Assembly: GCA_020628915.1 (NCBI GenBank)
Contig: JAHDEI010000002.1
Location: 7,153-71,152 of the forward strand
Source of the DNA: Minisyncoccota bacterium
Lineage (GTDB): Bacteria > Patescibacteriota > Minisyncoccia > Phycocordibacterales > GCA-2747955
Direction: 5' to 3'
Length of the DNA: 64,000 nucleotides
This document shows, piece after piece, positions 9,822-19,508 of the stretch. The position numbers and the translations under genes were made by a program. Numbering within the stretch: position 1 is the stretch's first letter; each line of letters starts with the position of its first letter. The notes under the pieces are model-generated. The model worked only from the letters and a program-made list of their open reading frames with translations. It did not search any database and was not told where the DNA came from.

Positions 9822-11015
9822 CTACGCTACAATTTTTGTAACAACTCCAGCTCCAACAGTTCGTCCTCCTTCTCGAACCGCAAATCGGGTTTGATCTTCA
9901 AGAGCAACTGGTGCAACTAATTTTACTTTAAATGTAACTGTATCTCCTGGCATAACCATTTCTGTTCCTTCAGCTAGTGTTACTTCACCAGTAACGTCAG
10001 TTGTTCGGATGTAGAATTGTGGTTTGTACCCTGTGAAGAATGGAGTGTGTCGTCCACCTTCTTCTTTTTTAAGGATGTATACTTCTGCTTCGAATTCTGT
10101 GTGTGGTGTTACAGTTCCTGGTGCAGCAAGTACTTGCCCTCGAGTAATGTCATCTTTTTTAAGCCCTCGAACTAGAACTCCAGCGTTATCTCCAGCTTGA
10201 GCTTGGTCAAGTGACTTGTTGAACATTTCAACTCCGGTAACAGTAGTTTTTCCTGTTTCTTTAATTCCTACGATTTCTACTTCTTCACCTACTTTAACTG
10301 CTCCCCGTTCTACTTTACCTGTAACCACTGTTCCCCGTCCTTCAATTGAGAAGATATCTTCTACTGGCATAAGGAATGGCTTGTCTAGTTCACGTTCTGG
10401 AACTTCAAAGTATGTATCCATAGTCTCAGCAAGTTGTAGAATCTTTTGGCACCAGTCGTCATTAACGTCTGTTGCTTCTGCTCCTTTCAATGCTGAACCT
10501 TTAACGAATGGAGTATTGTCTCCATCAAATCCGTACTGTGTAAGAGTTTCTTTAATCTCTTCTTCAACGAGTTCGATCATTTCCTCATCATCTACCATGT
10601 CACATTTGTTTAGGAACACGATGATGTTTGGAACACCAACTTGCTTCGCAAGAAGAATGTGTTCTCGTGTTTGAGGCATCAAACCGTCAGTAACTGCAAC
10701 CACCAAGATAGCACCGTCCATTTGGGCAGCACCGGTAATCATGTTTTTGATGTAGTCGGCGTGACCTGGCGCATCGATGTGTGCGTAGTGTCGGTTAGCT
10801 GTTGAGTATTCATTGTGAGAAAGTGCGATTGTAATTCCTCGCTCTTTTTCTTCTGGGGCGTTATCGATATCATCGATATTAGCCATTTTTACGTCGTTAC
10901 CTGCTAGATTCAAACAGTTAAGAATCGCAGCTGTAAGCGTTGTTTTACCATGGTCAACGTGTCCAATTGTACCTACGTTAACGTGTGGTTTTGATCTGTC
11001 GAATGTTTCTGACAT
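9822..11015 (-). CDS. tuf: elongation factor Tu
   Basis: '[21 protein letters not shown]', '[26 protein letters not shown]', 'NKCD'. Confidence 0.97.
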   Translation of the reverse strand: MSETFDRSKPHVNVGTIGHVDHGKTTLTAAILNCLNLAGNDVKMANIDDIDNAPEEKERGITIALSHNEYSTANRHYAHIDAPGHADYIKNMITGAAQMDGAILVVAVTDGLMPQTREHILLAKQVGVPNIIVFLNKCDMVDDEEMIELVEEEIKETLTQYGFDGDNTPFVKGSALKGAEATDVNDDWCQKILQLAETMDTYFEVPERELDKPFLMPVEDIFSIEGRGTVVTGKVERGAVKVGEEVEIVGIKETGKTTVTGVEMFNKSLDQAQAGDNAGVLVRGLKKDDITRGQVLAAPGTVTPHTEFEAEVYILKKEEGGRHTPFFTGYKPQFYIRTTDVTGEVTLAEGTEMVMPGDTVTFKVKLVAPVALEDQTRFAVREGGRTVGAGVVTKIVA

Positions 11016-11190
11016 ATTCTATAAATTAATAAATTCTATTAAACAATTACTAACAATTTTCTGCATATTTGAAAAAGCAAAAAATATGTAGCGCGCATTG
11101 TACCAGAATGAAATTCGAAAGCAACCATTCTTGACAACAGATAAATAAACCTTATTCTTATCTACAGTAGAAGAAAAAAGGAGACCCTCA

Positions 11191-11637
11191 ATGGGCGATA
11201 TAGTCCTAAAGACAATTAACACAGAAATCTCAACAGAAATTACGGCAGACGAAAATCTCGCGCGCTTAATCAAGTCTTACAAGGCGCGTGGATTAGATGA
11301 CTCGTTGGTCCTAGTTAATGTGAGAAATATCTTTCATTACGTCAAAGAAGACCGAGAGCACGCGTTTAAAATGCTCTTAAAGGTACTGGGAAGTGACTAT
11401 TACCTTCGCTTAGATGCTTATGCGAACTATATTCAGGTAAAACCAGGACTTCCCTTGCCGCACGAGGTTATCCTCATACGTGCAAACGCCTTTATGGAGC
11501 GAGTAGAAAAAGGCGAAATTGATTACCCTTTTCTTGATCAAGTTACATCAACTCAACTTGATTACCCAAAGGCCAGCCTAAAGAAGTACAAAAAGTACTG
11601 GCAAGACTTCGATAAACAAAAAAGAAAGCGACCATGA
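11191..11637 (+). CDS. hypothetical protein
   Basis: 148 aa, SD AAAGGAG upstream; terminator at 11626-11648. Confidence 0.5.
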   Translation: MGDIVLKTINTEISTEITADENLARLIKSYKARGLDDSLVLVNVRNIFHYVKEDREHAFKMLLKVLGSDYYLRLDAYANYIQVKPGLPLPHEVILIRANAFMERVEKGEIDYPFLDQVTSTQLDYPKASLKKYKKYWQDFDKQKRKRP

Positions 11638-11648
11638 TTGGTCGCTTT
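11626..11648 (+). terminator. intrinsic terminator hairpin (aagcgacca-tgat-tggtcgctt)
   Basis: Identical 23-nt hairpin recurs at 12427-12449. Confidence 0.7.
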
Positions 11649-11828
11649 ATTCTTGTGCTGTTCGTTCTTTTGTGTTGTCATTACTGTGTAATATCGATCC
11701 ATTTTCTCTATCATCCATTTCATCAAGAAGATCGATAATCTCATCAATCTCCTGCTCGACAGAGGAGCCAAATGGTGATTTTGCATCGTATTTAATCATA
11801 ACCATTCCTTTCTGCTCCTGAGTATACA

Positions 11829-12404
11829 CTACAGCTGAGAATTATGGATACACTCATTAATATATTGTATATATGTGTGTTTATTCTCTTTTATATGGCT
11901 TAAATCTCTCTCATCTGGCATGATCTGGTCAAACATAGTCTCTGGAATTGTCTCAAGAAATTGTTCATCAAAATAGCCTAAGTGCTTTAAAAGCCTGACC
12001 ACGATATAAATTTCATCCAACTCATCAGTCAACATCTCTGGAACGAGTAGCTGACTCAAAAGATGAAATAAATTTTCGTCTTTTTCTTGGCCATGAACTA
12101 AGAGCTCAATCAAGGATATAACGCTACTTACGCTCTTTTTTGAGATATTTTGCTTTCCCAACACTAAATGCCTCTCGTGTTCAATACCTGTCATGCGGAA
12201 ACCCTGTTTTCCTTTTACCAACGAAACCGAAACGAAAGAATAGGGTTGAATCGAAAAACGATGTTTTGATATTTCTTTTCTTGACCCAGAGACGCGGGCA
12301 CCAACAAGACCCAACTCTTTGGTATAAAAACGCACATAGTGATCTGACTCACCTTGTGTTCTTGCAGAGAGCACTAACGCCTGAGTAGTATAAATTTCGT
12401 ACAT
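11829..12404 (-). CDS. recO: DNA repair protein RecO
   Basis: N-terminal OB-fold pattern 'MYEIYTTQALVLSARTQGESDHYVRFYTKELGLVGARVSGSRK' typical of RecO; 191 aa (short form). Confidence 0.7.
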   Translation of the reverse strand: MYEIYTTQALVLSARTQGESDHYVRFYTKELGLVGARVSGSRKEISKHRFSIQPYSFVSVSLVKGKQGFRMTGIEHERHLVLGKQNISKKSVSSVISLIELLVHGQEKDENLFHLLSQLLVPEMLTDELDEIYIVVRLLKHLGYFDEQFLETIPETMFDQIMPDERDLSHIKENKHTYIQYINECIHNSQL

Positions 12405-12426
12405 ACGTTAAAAATCATTGTAACAA

Positions 12427-12449
12427 AAAAGCGACCATGATTGGTCGCT
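12427..12449 (-). terminator. intrinsic terminator hairpin, identical copy of 11626-11648
   Basis: 'aaaaaagcgaccatgattggtcgcttta' downstream of minus-strand gene 12459..13037. Confidence 0.7.
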
Positions 12450-12458
12450 TTAATAATT

Positions 12459-13037
12459 TCATTTAATCAACAAGTGTGGATTCTCGGGATATAACCATCT
12501 GCCAAAAATCTTTTCACAATATTCGTAATTAAATTTTACTACCTCTAACAAAGAGAACAACAAAATCTCCTGGTCGCTCATGTTTGCTTCTTTGACAACT
12601 ACGCATGGGATCGGCGAATGGCCTGGATTCTTCCTGGTGTATTCATTTTGAGCTTGGTAAAACGAGTCACGTCCTTGACCTGAACTTTTACACTGCAGGA
12701 ATAGAAACTCGCGTGAGACCCATTCCGTCTTAATGACTAGGTCTATTTTCATTCGATCAAGTGTTCCCATAGATGGCGCACGTCGCACCCCATTGATCCA
12801 GGGTAATATATCGGACTCTCTGCAGGCATCAAAAATCTCAACGAGTAATTCTTCTCGTCTATAGCCGATAACCTGAGTGTCATTTTCTTTTTGAATTGAT
12901 TCTCGCAGAGCCAACAAATTGTCTTTGCGCTCTTGCGAGAATCGCTGTTCCATTGCTGCACCAATTGCCGTCAGAGCGGCAGTTTTTTCTTTTCTGTTCA
13001 TGAGAACTAATTTTTCTTGGTTCAACATTTCCACCAC
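12459..13037 (-). CDS. hypothetical protein
   Basis: 192-aa ORF, no motif recognised. Confidence 0.5.
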   Translation of the reverse strand: MVEMLNQEKLVLMNRKEKTAALTAIGAAMEQRFSQERKDNLLALRESIQKENDTQVIGYRREELLVEIFDACRESDILPWINGVRRAPSMGTLDRMKIDLVIKTEWVSREFLFLQCKSSGQGRDSFYQAQNEYTRKNPGHSPIPCVVVKEANMSDQEILLFSLLEVVKFNYEYCEKIFGRWLYPENPHLLIK

Positions 13038-13139
13038 TCCTTTCTGATCGCTATCTTAGCACTTTTTTAAAAATATTGACATAGCATTAATTGCATGTCA
13101 CGATACGAATTAGTTTAATTTTAAATTGAGGTGTTCATT

Positions 13140-13517
13140 ATGAATGAAAACATATTAACTCTACTGGCAGTCTCTCTTCTCTGTATTCCCTTCTTTTGTT
13201 GCATATGGGTCAGCGAAAGCAGATTTAAAAAACGCAAAAAAATATGGCGAGAACTCGACGAGATTTGCCGCCAGGAGTCGATAATTAACACGATTATCAC
13301 AAACGAGCTTGGTCACGAAGAACTCAAGCCTTATTTTTATCTCGTTGACGACTTTGCAAACGCCCAAGTCTACCCACTAGCACAAAACATGTGGGGCCCC
13401 ATGGATGAGGATCGCTTCACAGACCGAGTCCGTTCTGCATTTACCGAATGGAAAAGACAATTTGTAGATTCTGGATTACACGAAAAGCGCCTCGAGCTTC
13501 GAGCTGCTCTTCCCTAG
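13140..13517 (+). CDS. hypothetical membrane-anchored protein
   Basis: N-terminal TM 'ILTLLAVSLLCIPFFCCIWV'; start taken at MNENIL. Confidence 0.45.
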   Translation: MNENILTLLAVSLLCIPFFCCIWVSESRFKKRKKIWRELDEICRQESIINTIITNELGHEELKPYFYLVDDFANAQVYPLAQNMWGPMDEDRFTDRVRSAFTEWKRQFVDSGLHEKRLELRAALP

Positions 13518-13545
13518 ACAAAAGCGACCGTATGCGGTCGCTTTT

Positions 13546-16500
13546 TTATATCTTCTCAATTACTGCTTTGAAGACATGCTCTCTCACCTTTTGTTCGTCG
13601 CTTTCCACCTGGTCGAATGAAAGCTCTTCAATTCCTGCAACCGATTCCAGTTCATCTCTGAAGGCCTCGATTGCATCCTGAACCTCATCTGGAGCATCCA
13701 CAACCAACGATGCACGATCTGATGGTTCCATGCCTGATTTCTTTCTCATTGATTGAATAGCACGAAGTATTTCCCTAAAAAGACCTTCTTGCTCAAGTTC
13801 TGGAGTTAGCTCGGTATCAAGAACTGCAACCTCGTCTTGATTTGAATTAAATAGTACTGATTTGATATTCAACTCGTCTGCAATGATGTTTGTATACACT
13901 GGATCAAGCTCTGCTGACTGTAGCGATACAGACGCAAGCGGCTGCTTCACCTTTATTCCGGCGCTCGCACGTGCCTCCAAACCAGCAGAAACAAGATCCC
14001 GAACTGACTGCATTGTTTCGATCACTGCGTTGTTTTCGGATAACTTAATCTCAGGCCAATCCACCAAATGGACAGATTCTCTGTCTCCTTTTCCTCGCAT
14101 TTGTTGCCAAACATGTTCTGCCAAAAACGGCATGAATGGTGCAATGACTTTTGAAAAATTAATAAGGATGTATCGTGTTGTTGCCAGTGCATACTTTTTA
14201 TCTTCATCGTCAGTTCCTTTAAACCTATCTCTGGAGCGTCTGATATACCACGTTGATACATCATCAACAAAATCCATGAAACATCCACATGCCATATCTA
14301 GTTCGTAGGTATCAAGTTTTTCTGTTGTTTGTTTTTGAACCTCCCTAAATCTCTCGAGAATCCACAAATCAAGAGGATTGGATGCCTCTAGTGCCATATC
14401 ACGTGTGTGTGCGATAGTTTCGTTGTAAAGTTTGTAAAACGAGACGACATTTTTTAATCTGATAACAACCTTTTTATTGATGTCGTCAATTTGTTTTTCT
14501 ACCAAATTAACACTTTCACCTTTAATCAACGGTGACGAAAGCAGGAAGTAGCGCAATGCATCAGCCCCGTGTGTATCCATTACCTGTGATATTGGCGGGT
14601 AATTCTTGAGCTTCTTGGACATCTTTTTTCCATCTTCTGCCATAACCATTCCATGAACAATTACATTCTTGAACGGAGATTTATCAAAGAGACTTGTTCC
14701 AAGAACTAGTAATGAATTAAACCAGCCACGTGTTTGATCTGCCCCTTCACAAATAAAGTCGGCTGGATATTGGAACCCATCTTGATCAAATGGGTAGTGT
14801 TTTGATGCATATGGCATTGATCCTGATTCGTACCAACAGTCAAATACTTCGCCAATAATTTTGTATTCTTCTCCTTTGTCATTAAACCAGGTGATCCCGT
14901 CAATATGTGGCTTGTGAAAATCTAATTCGTACTCTTTGTTGTGTGGGAATCTCGTAAAATCTAAAAACCGCGGCTTTGCGTTATGAACTGTCCCCCAGTG
15001 AGTCCGCAGATCAATTGTCTGATCATGAGTGAGACCATTTGCTCCAGCAAACGATGTCCAGTACGGCGTAAAGTGACTAACTACTACGATGTTTTTTCCT
15101 TCATATTTTGAATCAATGTCATAAAAGAAATCCATCATCCGATGCTTCACCTGCATGATTGACTCTCCTCCTCCAGGCAGCTCTTTGGTCAGATCTTCGT
15201 ATGGTGTGTCCACACCCACATAGTTTAAATATTCATCTCTCGTTTTACCCTCAAGATCGCCAAAAACGATTTCACGAATTCGTTCATCAAAAATAATATC
15301 TTCTTTGTTCACGCCCACTCCCTTTGCAATTATCTCTGCAGTTTGTGTTGTGCGTGTAAATGGCGACGCAATGATGAGGTCTACATCCTCTCCATTGTCT
15401 GCATGAGCAGAACTAATAAGTTCTTTGATCTCGGGAACAGCACCTTCGACTTGTTTCATACCTTCTTTTGAAAGCTTGTCTAAATCACCTCCGGCAACAC
15501 CTGAAATCATTTTTTTAATATTTGATTCTGACTCACCATGTCTAATCAGAATAATGTTATTTGTGGATCGAGTTTTGTTTTTTAATTCAGCAAGTGATCC
15601 AATCACCTCGTGTTCTCCAGTGGTTTGATTTTCCCAAACAGGGATTGGTGCACCCCAAAAACGAGAACGTGAAATTGCCCAATCAACTTTTCCTGAGATC
15701 CAATTATGAAAACGCTTATGCCCCAAATGGTCAGGGACCCAATGCACTTTTGAATTAAGCTCAACCATACGATCAACCAGTGCGTCCGTCTTTTGAACAA
15801 ACCATGAGTCAGTAGCGTAGTTCAGCAAGGGTGTATCACATCTCCAGCAGTGTGGATAGCTGTGCTCGATCTTTTCTTTTGAGAAGAGTTTTCCGTTGTG
15901 TGCCAAATACTTAACGATTTCGATGTCAGTTGCCATGTGGTCCCCTTTTGTTTTCACCTCCATGCCAGCGAAATCAGTTACAGCGTCCACGAATTCTCCT
16001 GCTTTATTTACGTGATGAATTAACGGCAAGTTCATTTGTTTTGCTAATGCAAAGTCTTCGGCACCAAATGCTGGTGCTTCATGGGCAATACCCGTCCCTG
16101 ACTCGTCATCAATAAAGTCTGCTTCATACACTTTCCATCCGTTCTCATGATTTTCAATATTTGTATTGCTAACAAAATAATCAAATGGAGGTACATATTC
16201 CAAACCAACAAGGCCTTTTACATCATCAAACTCTTGTACGATCTCATAGTCCTTGACGTCAGCATGATTCATCACGTCTTCCAGTCGTGCCTTCGCAAGA
16301 ATGTAATTCTCGGTGACACCTTCTTTCGTTGCTCGTACTTTGACGTACTTTACCTCGGGCCCAACGGCGATTGCCACGTTACCGGGCAAGGTCCATGGTG
16401 TCGTCGTCCACGCTAAAATAAACGTTCCTGGTTCGTTTTTGAGTTCAAATTTCGCTGTAACTGAAATATCTTTTATGTCTGCATATCCATCAGCCACCTC

Positions 16501-17100
16501 GTTGTTTGAAAGCGTTGTTTCACATCGTGGACACAAATGCATAGCTTTGAATCCTTTGTAAACAAGACCCTTGTCATACAGTTCTTTAAAAGACCACCAG
16601 ATAGATTCTGTATATGTCGCATCCATCGTCTTGTAGTGGTTTTTCATGTCCACCCATCGCCCCGTTCGGGGGATTATCTGTTCCCAATCTTCTTTGTATT
16701 CCAAAACCTTTCCTCGTGCCTCAGTATTAAACTGTTCAACACCATGTTCCATGATGTCCTTTCGTGAGTTGAGACCGAACTCTTTCTCAACTATGTTTTC
16801 AATAGGAAGACCGTGACAATCCCACCCCCAGTTACGCACCACTTTTTTACCACGCATTGTTTGATAACGTGGAATTACGTCCTTAATTGTCCCTGGCAAT
16901 AAGTGACCATAGTGAGGTTGTCCTGTAGCAAATGGTGGCCCATCATAAAAAACAAAAGGGTCTTCATCTTCGCGCTCGTCAATCGACTTTTTAAAAATTC
17001 CGTTCTTATTCCAAAAATCTAAAACCGCCTCTTCATCTTTGGCGGTCTGAGATACATTGTTTTTATTATTTTGTGTATGTATATCAGACATAGAAACCAT
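13546..17100 (-). CDS. ileS: isoleucyl-tRNA synthetase (type 2) with in-frame inserted histidine-phosphatase (PGAM/SixA-like) domain
   Basis: 'FYDGPPFATGQPHYGH' (HIGH-class), 'WVPDHLGHKRFHNWISGKVDWAISRSRFWGAPIPVW', 'KMSKKLKNYP' (KMSKS-class); 1184 aa. aa ~512-718 carry 'LIRHGESESN', 'ASPFTRTTQTAEII' and 'VVVSHFTP'. Confidence 0.93.
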   Translation of the reverse strand: MVSMSDIHTQNNKNNVSQTAKDEEAVLDFWNKNGIFKKSIDEREDEDPFVFYDGPPFATGQPHYGHLLPGTIKDVIPRYQTMRGKKVVRNWGWDCHGLPIENIVEKEFGLNSRKDIMEHGVEQFNTEARGKVLEYKEDWEQIIPRTGRWVDMKNHYKTMDATYTESIWWSFKELYDKGLVYKGFKAMHLCPRCETTLSNNEVADGYADIKDISVTAKFELKNEPGTFILAWTTTPWTLPGNVAIAVGPEVKYVKVRATKEGVTENYILAKARLEDVMNHADVKDYEIVQEFDDVKGLVGLEYVPPFDYFVSNTNIENHENGWKVYEADFIDDESGTGIAHEAPAFGAEDFALAKQMNLPLIHHVNKAGEFVDAVTDFAGMEVKTKGDHMATDIEIVKYLAHNGKLFSKEKIEHSYPHCWRCDTPLLNYATDSWFVQKTDALVDRMVELNSKVHWVPDHLGHKRFHNWISGKVDWAISRSRFWGAPIPVWENQTTGEHEVIGSLAELKNKTRSTNNIILIRHGESESNIKKMISGVAGGDLDKLSKEGMKQVEGAVPEIKELISSAHADNGEDVDLIIASPFTRTTQTAEIIAKGVGVNKEDIIFDERIREIVFGDLEGKTRDEYLNYVGVDTPYEDLTKELPGGGESIMQVKHRMMDFFYDIDSKYEGKNIVVVSHFTPYWTSFAGANGLTHDQTIDLRTHWGTVHNAKPRFLDFTRFPHNKEYELDFHKPHIDGITWFNDKGEEYKIIGEVFDCWYESGSMPYASKHYPFDQDGFQYPADFICEGADQTRGWFNSLLVLGTSLFDKSPFKNVIVHGMVMAEDGKKMSKKLKNYPPISQVMDTHGADALRYFLLSSPLIKGESVNLVEKQIDDINKKVVIRLKNVVSFYKLYNETIAHTRDMALEASNPLDLWILERFREVQKQTTEKLDTYELDMACGCFMDFVDDVSTWYIRRSRDRFKGTDDEDKKYALATTRYILINFSKVIAPFMPFLAEHVWQQMRGKGDRESVHLVDWPEIKLSENNAVIETMQSVRDLVSAGLEARASAGIKVKQPLASVSLQSAELDPVYTNIIADELNIKSVLFNSNQDEVAVLDTELTPELEQEGLFREILRAIQSMRKKSGMEPSDRASLVVDAPDEVQDAIEAFRDELESVAGIEELSFDQVESDEQKVREHVFKAVIEKI

Positions 17101-17155
17101 TATATCGTCTCGAGCTTAATCTACCAAGAAAAAAGACCAGGCAAGTTGCTTGGTC

Positions 17156-17527
17156 TTACCATGGCATAACTTCGTAAACATACCGTTTGCCATCAATAAT
17201 CATTGTCGCCTTTTCATAAAACTGAGCCTCTCGAGTTGTCATCTTCTCAGCCACCAAAGCAGGTTCACCGAACATGGTATTGATGTAATGATATGGATCA
17301 AAATCAATAACCTTGGCCGAGTGATCCTTTGGTAGCCAGAGTGGTCTCTTTTTTCTGAGATACAAGAAGTTATTAAACTGCAATACGCTTGACCCCTGCC
17401 TGTTTAAAACTGGCCCACCTTTTTTAGCAAACGCTATCAAATCTTCTTTCTGAGAGTGCTCCATAAACCAAGGAAGTCCAGAAAGAATTTTTGTGACCTG
17501 TGGTATGGACATAACTATTCTTTGCAT
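17156..17527 (-). CDS. hypothetical protein
   Basis: 123 aa; SD-like AAAAGGGGA upstream; preceded by a long structured leader (see findings). Confidence 0.5.
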   Translation of the reverse strand: MQRIVMSIPQVTKILSGLPWFMEHSQKEDLIAFAKKGGPVLNRQGSSVLQFNNFLYLRKKRPLWLPKDHSAKVIDFDPYHYINTMFGEPALVAEKMTTREAQFYEKATMIIDGKRYVYEVMPW

Positions 17528-17810
17528 ATAATCCCCTTTTCTTGGTTGGTAAAGCCCGACATATGTCGGGCTTGTATGGTTGCCTCCTCATATTGTTAAA
17601 GAGTGGGGTCTAGGGGGATTAGCCCTAGGCAGATGCGACTAGATCACCCCCTTCCTTAGGAATGGAATAATTATGCATCTTATTTGTACCATGGTTAGTC
17701 ATGATACCCTCCTTTCTTAACAAAAGTATTAAAATTTCCAGTGGATATGCGTACACATCTATACTCTATTATAGGTATTATTTGACAAAAGTCCAAAAAA
17801 ATGTGGATAG

Positions 17811-19478
17811 CTACATTCGCTCAACTACATCAATTCCTAAAAGATCAAGACCCTTTTGTAGAGTGGTCGCAACTGCCTGAGTCAAAGCAACATTATACGC
17901 AAAATCAGAATTTGCCTCATCAGCAATTTTGGTCTCTGCATAAAACGAATTAAACGATTGTGCTAATTCATAAACATACTGAGCAACATGGTGCGGTGAA
18001 TAGTCTTTGAGAGACTTTTGGATTGATTCTGGGAAACGCTCGAGTAGGCGTGCTACGTCAGGAACGACTGACGGAATGGGCACTTCGTTTGGTTTTTTTA
18101 TTTTGTCTAAAATAGATTTTGTTCTGACGTACGTATATTGAATATATGGGCCTGAATTTCCTTCAAATGACAATGACTTTTCAAAATCAAATACCATATC
18201 CTTCCCCATCGAACTTTTAAGTAACGCATACCTGAGTGCACCAATTGCAACAGCACGTGCAACATCTTTTTTGTCAGACTCATCGATATCTCGATCTTTC
18301 ATTTTTTCAAATACGTTTGCCTCAACACCTGCAATGAGGTCTTCGGCAAGCGGGACATTTCCATGACGTGAAGATATCTTTCCACTCGTCAAAGACAATC
18401 GACCGTGCTGTAGAAACAAAGACTTCTCTTCCCATTCAGGATTAATGAGACCTGATGATTTTGCCACTAACTGAAAATGTTGTTTCTGTTCCATATCCGT
18501 AACATACACCGACCTATCAAACGGTGCATACCGATCAAATTTATGCCACACCAGACCAAGATCCTTTGCTAAATACGTACCAAAACCATCTGAGTTAATA
18601 AAAACATTATCAAATAATCCATAGTCAGAACCCCTAAAAATAATTGCGCCGTCTGATTTCTCGAATACATTATTGATATGTCCATTCACCAACTCTTTTC
18701 CTTTTACCTCTGATTCGGTCTCAAAGATAATGCCATCAAATGTTGTCCCGAGATCTGCAACCATATCTTGAAAATATTTAAGGGAAAATTCAGTTCCTTT
18801 TTGGTACAAATCGTACTCAGTACTGTCTGTTTTGTTATAAATTTTTCTATTGATCTCGTGGATTGTTTCTTTAACCTTTTCATTCTCTTTGTATTGGGTT
18901 GACCCGTGTGCATATGCCTCACCTACTTGCTCGATGGTAAATCCGTCTGTCCAACCCTTGTCCATCAAACCCCATACAGCCTTTGCAATTCCTGGGCCAA
19001 TATCAGATGGGAAAGAAAGCTCTAAGACTTCTGCCCCAGATGCTTTAAAAATATGAGTAAGTGAATTCCCCATCGCATTATTCACGAGATGCCCAATATG
19101 AAATGGTTTGAATAAATTGGGCGAGCTATGTTCTACCAGCCACCTTTGCCCCTTCAGCTTATCAATTGTTCCCCACGAAGCATCAATAGATTCAAGTTGT
19201 TTTTTCCAGTAGGCATTAGTCAGCGTAAGATTAATAAAACCAGGACCAGCAACCTGGGCTTTCTCGACAGAATCATTTGAGATATTCTCAAGGACTTTTG
19301 CAGCAACTTCTTGTGGGTTAAGTCCATTCTTTTTCGCATACGCCAGTGCACTAGTACACGCCCAATCCCCGTGAGACATGTCCTGTGGATGTTCAATATG
19401 CACATCGGCACCCAACTCAAATCCTGCATCAGAAAACGCTTTATTGAGTAGATAGATAATTGCCTGTTTGCTGTTCAT
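17811..19478 (-). CDS. argS: arginyl-tRNA synthetase
   Basis: 'FKPFHIGHLVNNAMGNSL' HIGH motif in ArgRS context, DALR-type C-terminus; 555 aa. Confidence 0.93.
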   Translation of the reverse strand: MNSKQAIIYLLNKAFSDAGFELGADVHIEHPQDMSHGDWACTSALAYAKKNGLNPQEVAAKVLENISNDSVEKAQVAGPGFINLTLTNAYWKKQLESIDASWGTIDKLKGQRWLVEHSSPNLFKPFHIGHLVNNAMGNSLTHIFKASGAEVLELSFPSDIGPGIAKAVWGLMDKGWTDGFTIEQVGEAYAHGSTQYKENEKVKETIHEINRKIYNKTDSTEYDLYQKGTEFSLKYFQDMVADLGTTFDGIIFETESEVKGKELVNGHINNVFEKSDGAIIFRGSDYGLFDNVFINSDGFGTYLAKDLGLVWHKFDRYAPFDRSVYVTDMEQKQHFQLVAKSSGLINPEWEEKSLFLQHGRLSLTSGKISSRHGNVPLAEDLIAGVEANVFEKMKDRDIDESDKKDVARAVAIGALRYALLKSSMGKDMVFDFEKSLSFEGNSGPYIQYTYVRTKSILDKIKKPNEVPIPSVVPDVARLLERFPESIQKSLKDYSPHHVAQYVYELAQSFNSFYAETKIADEANSDFAYNVALTQAVATTLQKGLDLLGIDVVERM

Positions 19479-19508
19479 TTATGGAATTATAACAAAAGAA
19501 AAAGTTCC

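Noticed and set aside
10216-10674. 152-aa plus-strand ORF (also 20638..21249, 35373..37094, 13862..14308 and similar)
   Set aside because: All are antisense shadows within tuf, glyA, gyrA and ileS respectively; no SD, biased composition.
11647-11829. 60-aa acidic ORF downstream of recO
   Set aside because: Requires a GTG start overlapping the recO stop and lacks an SD; kept out of the feature list although translational coupling is conceivable.
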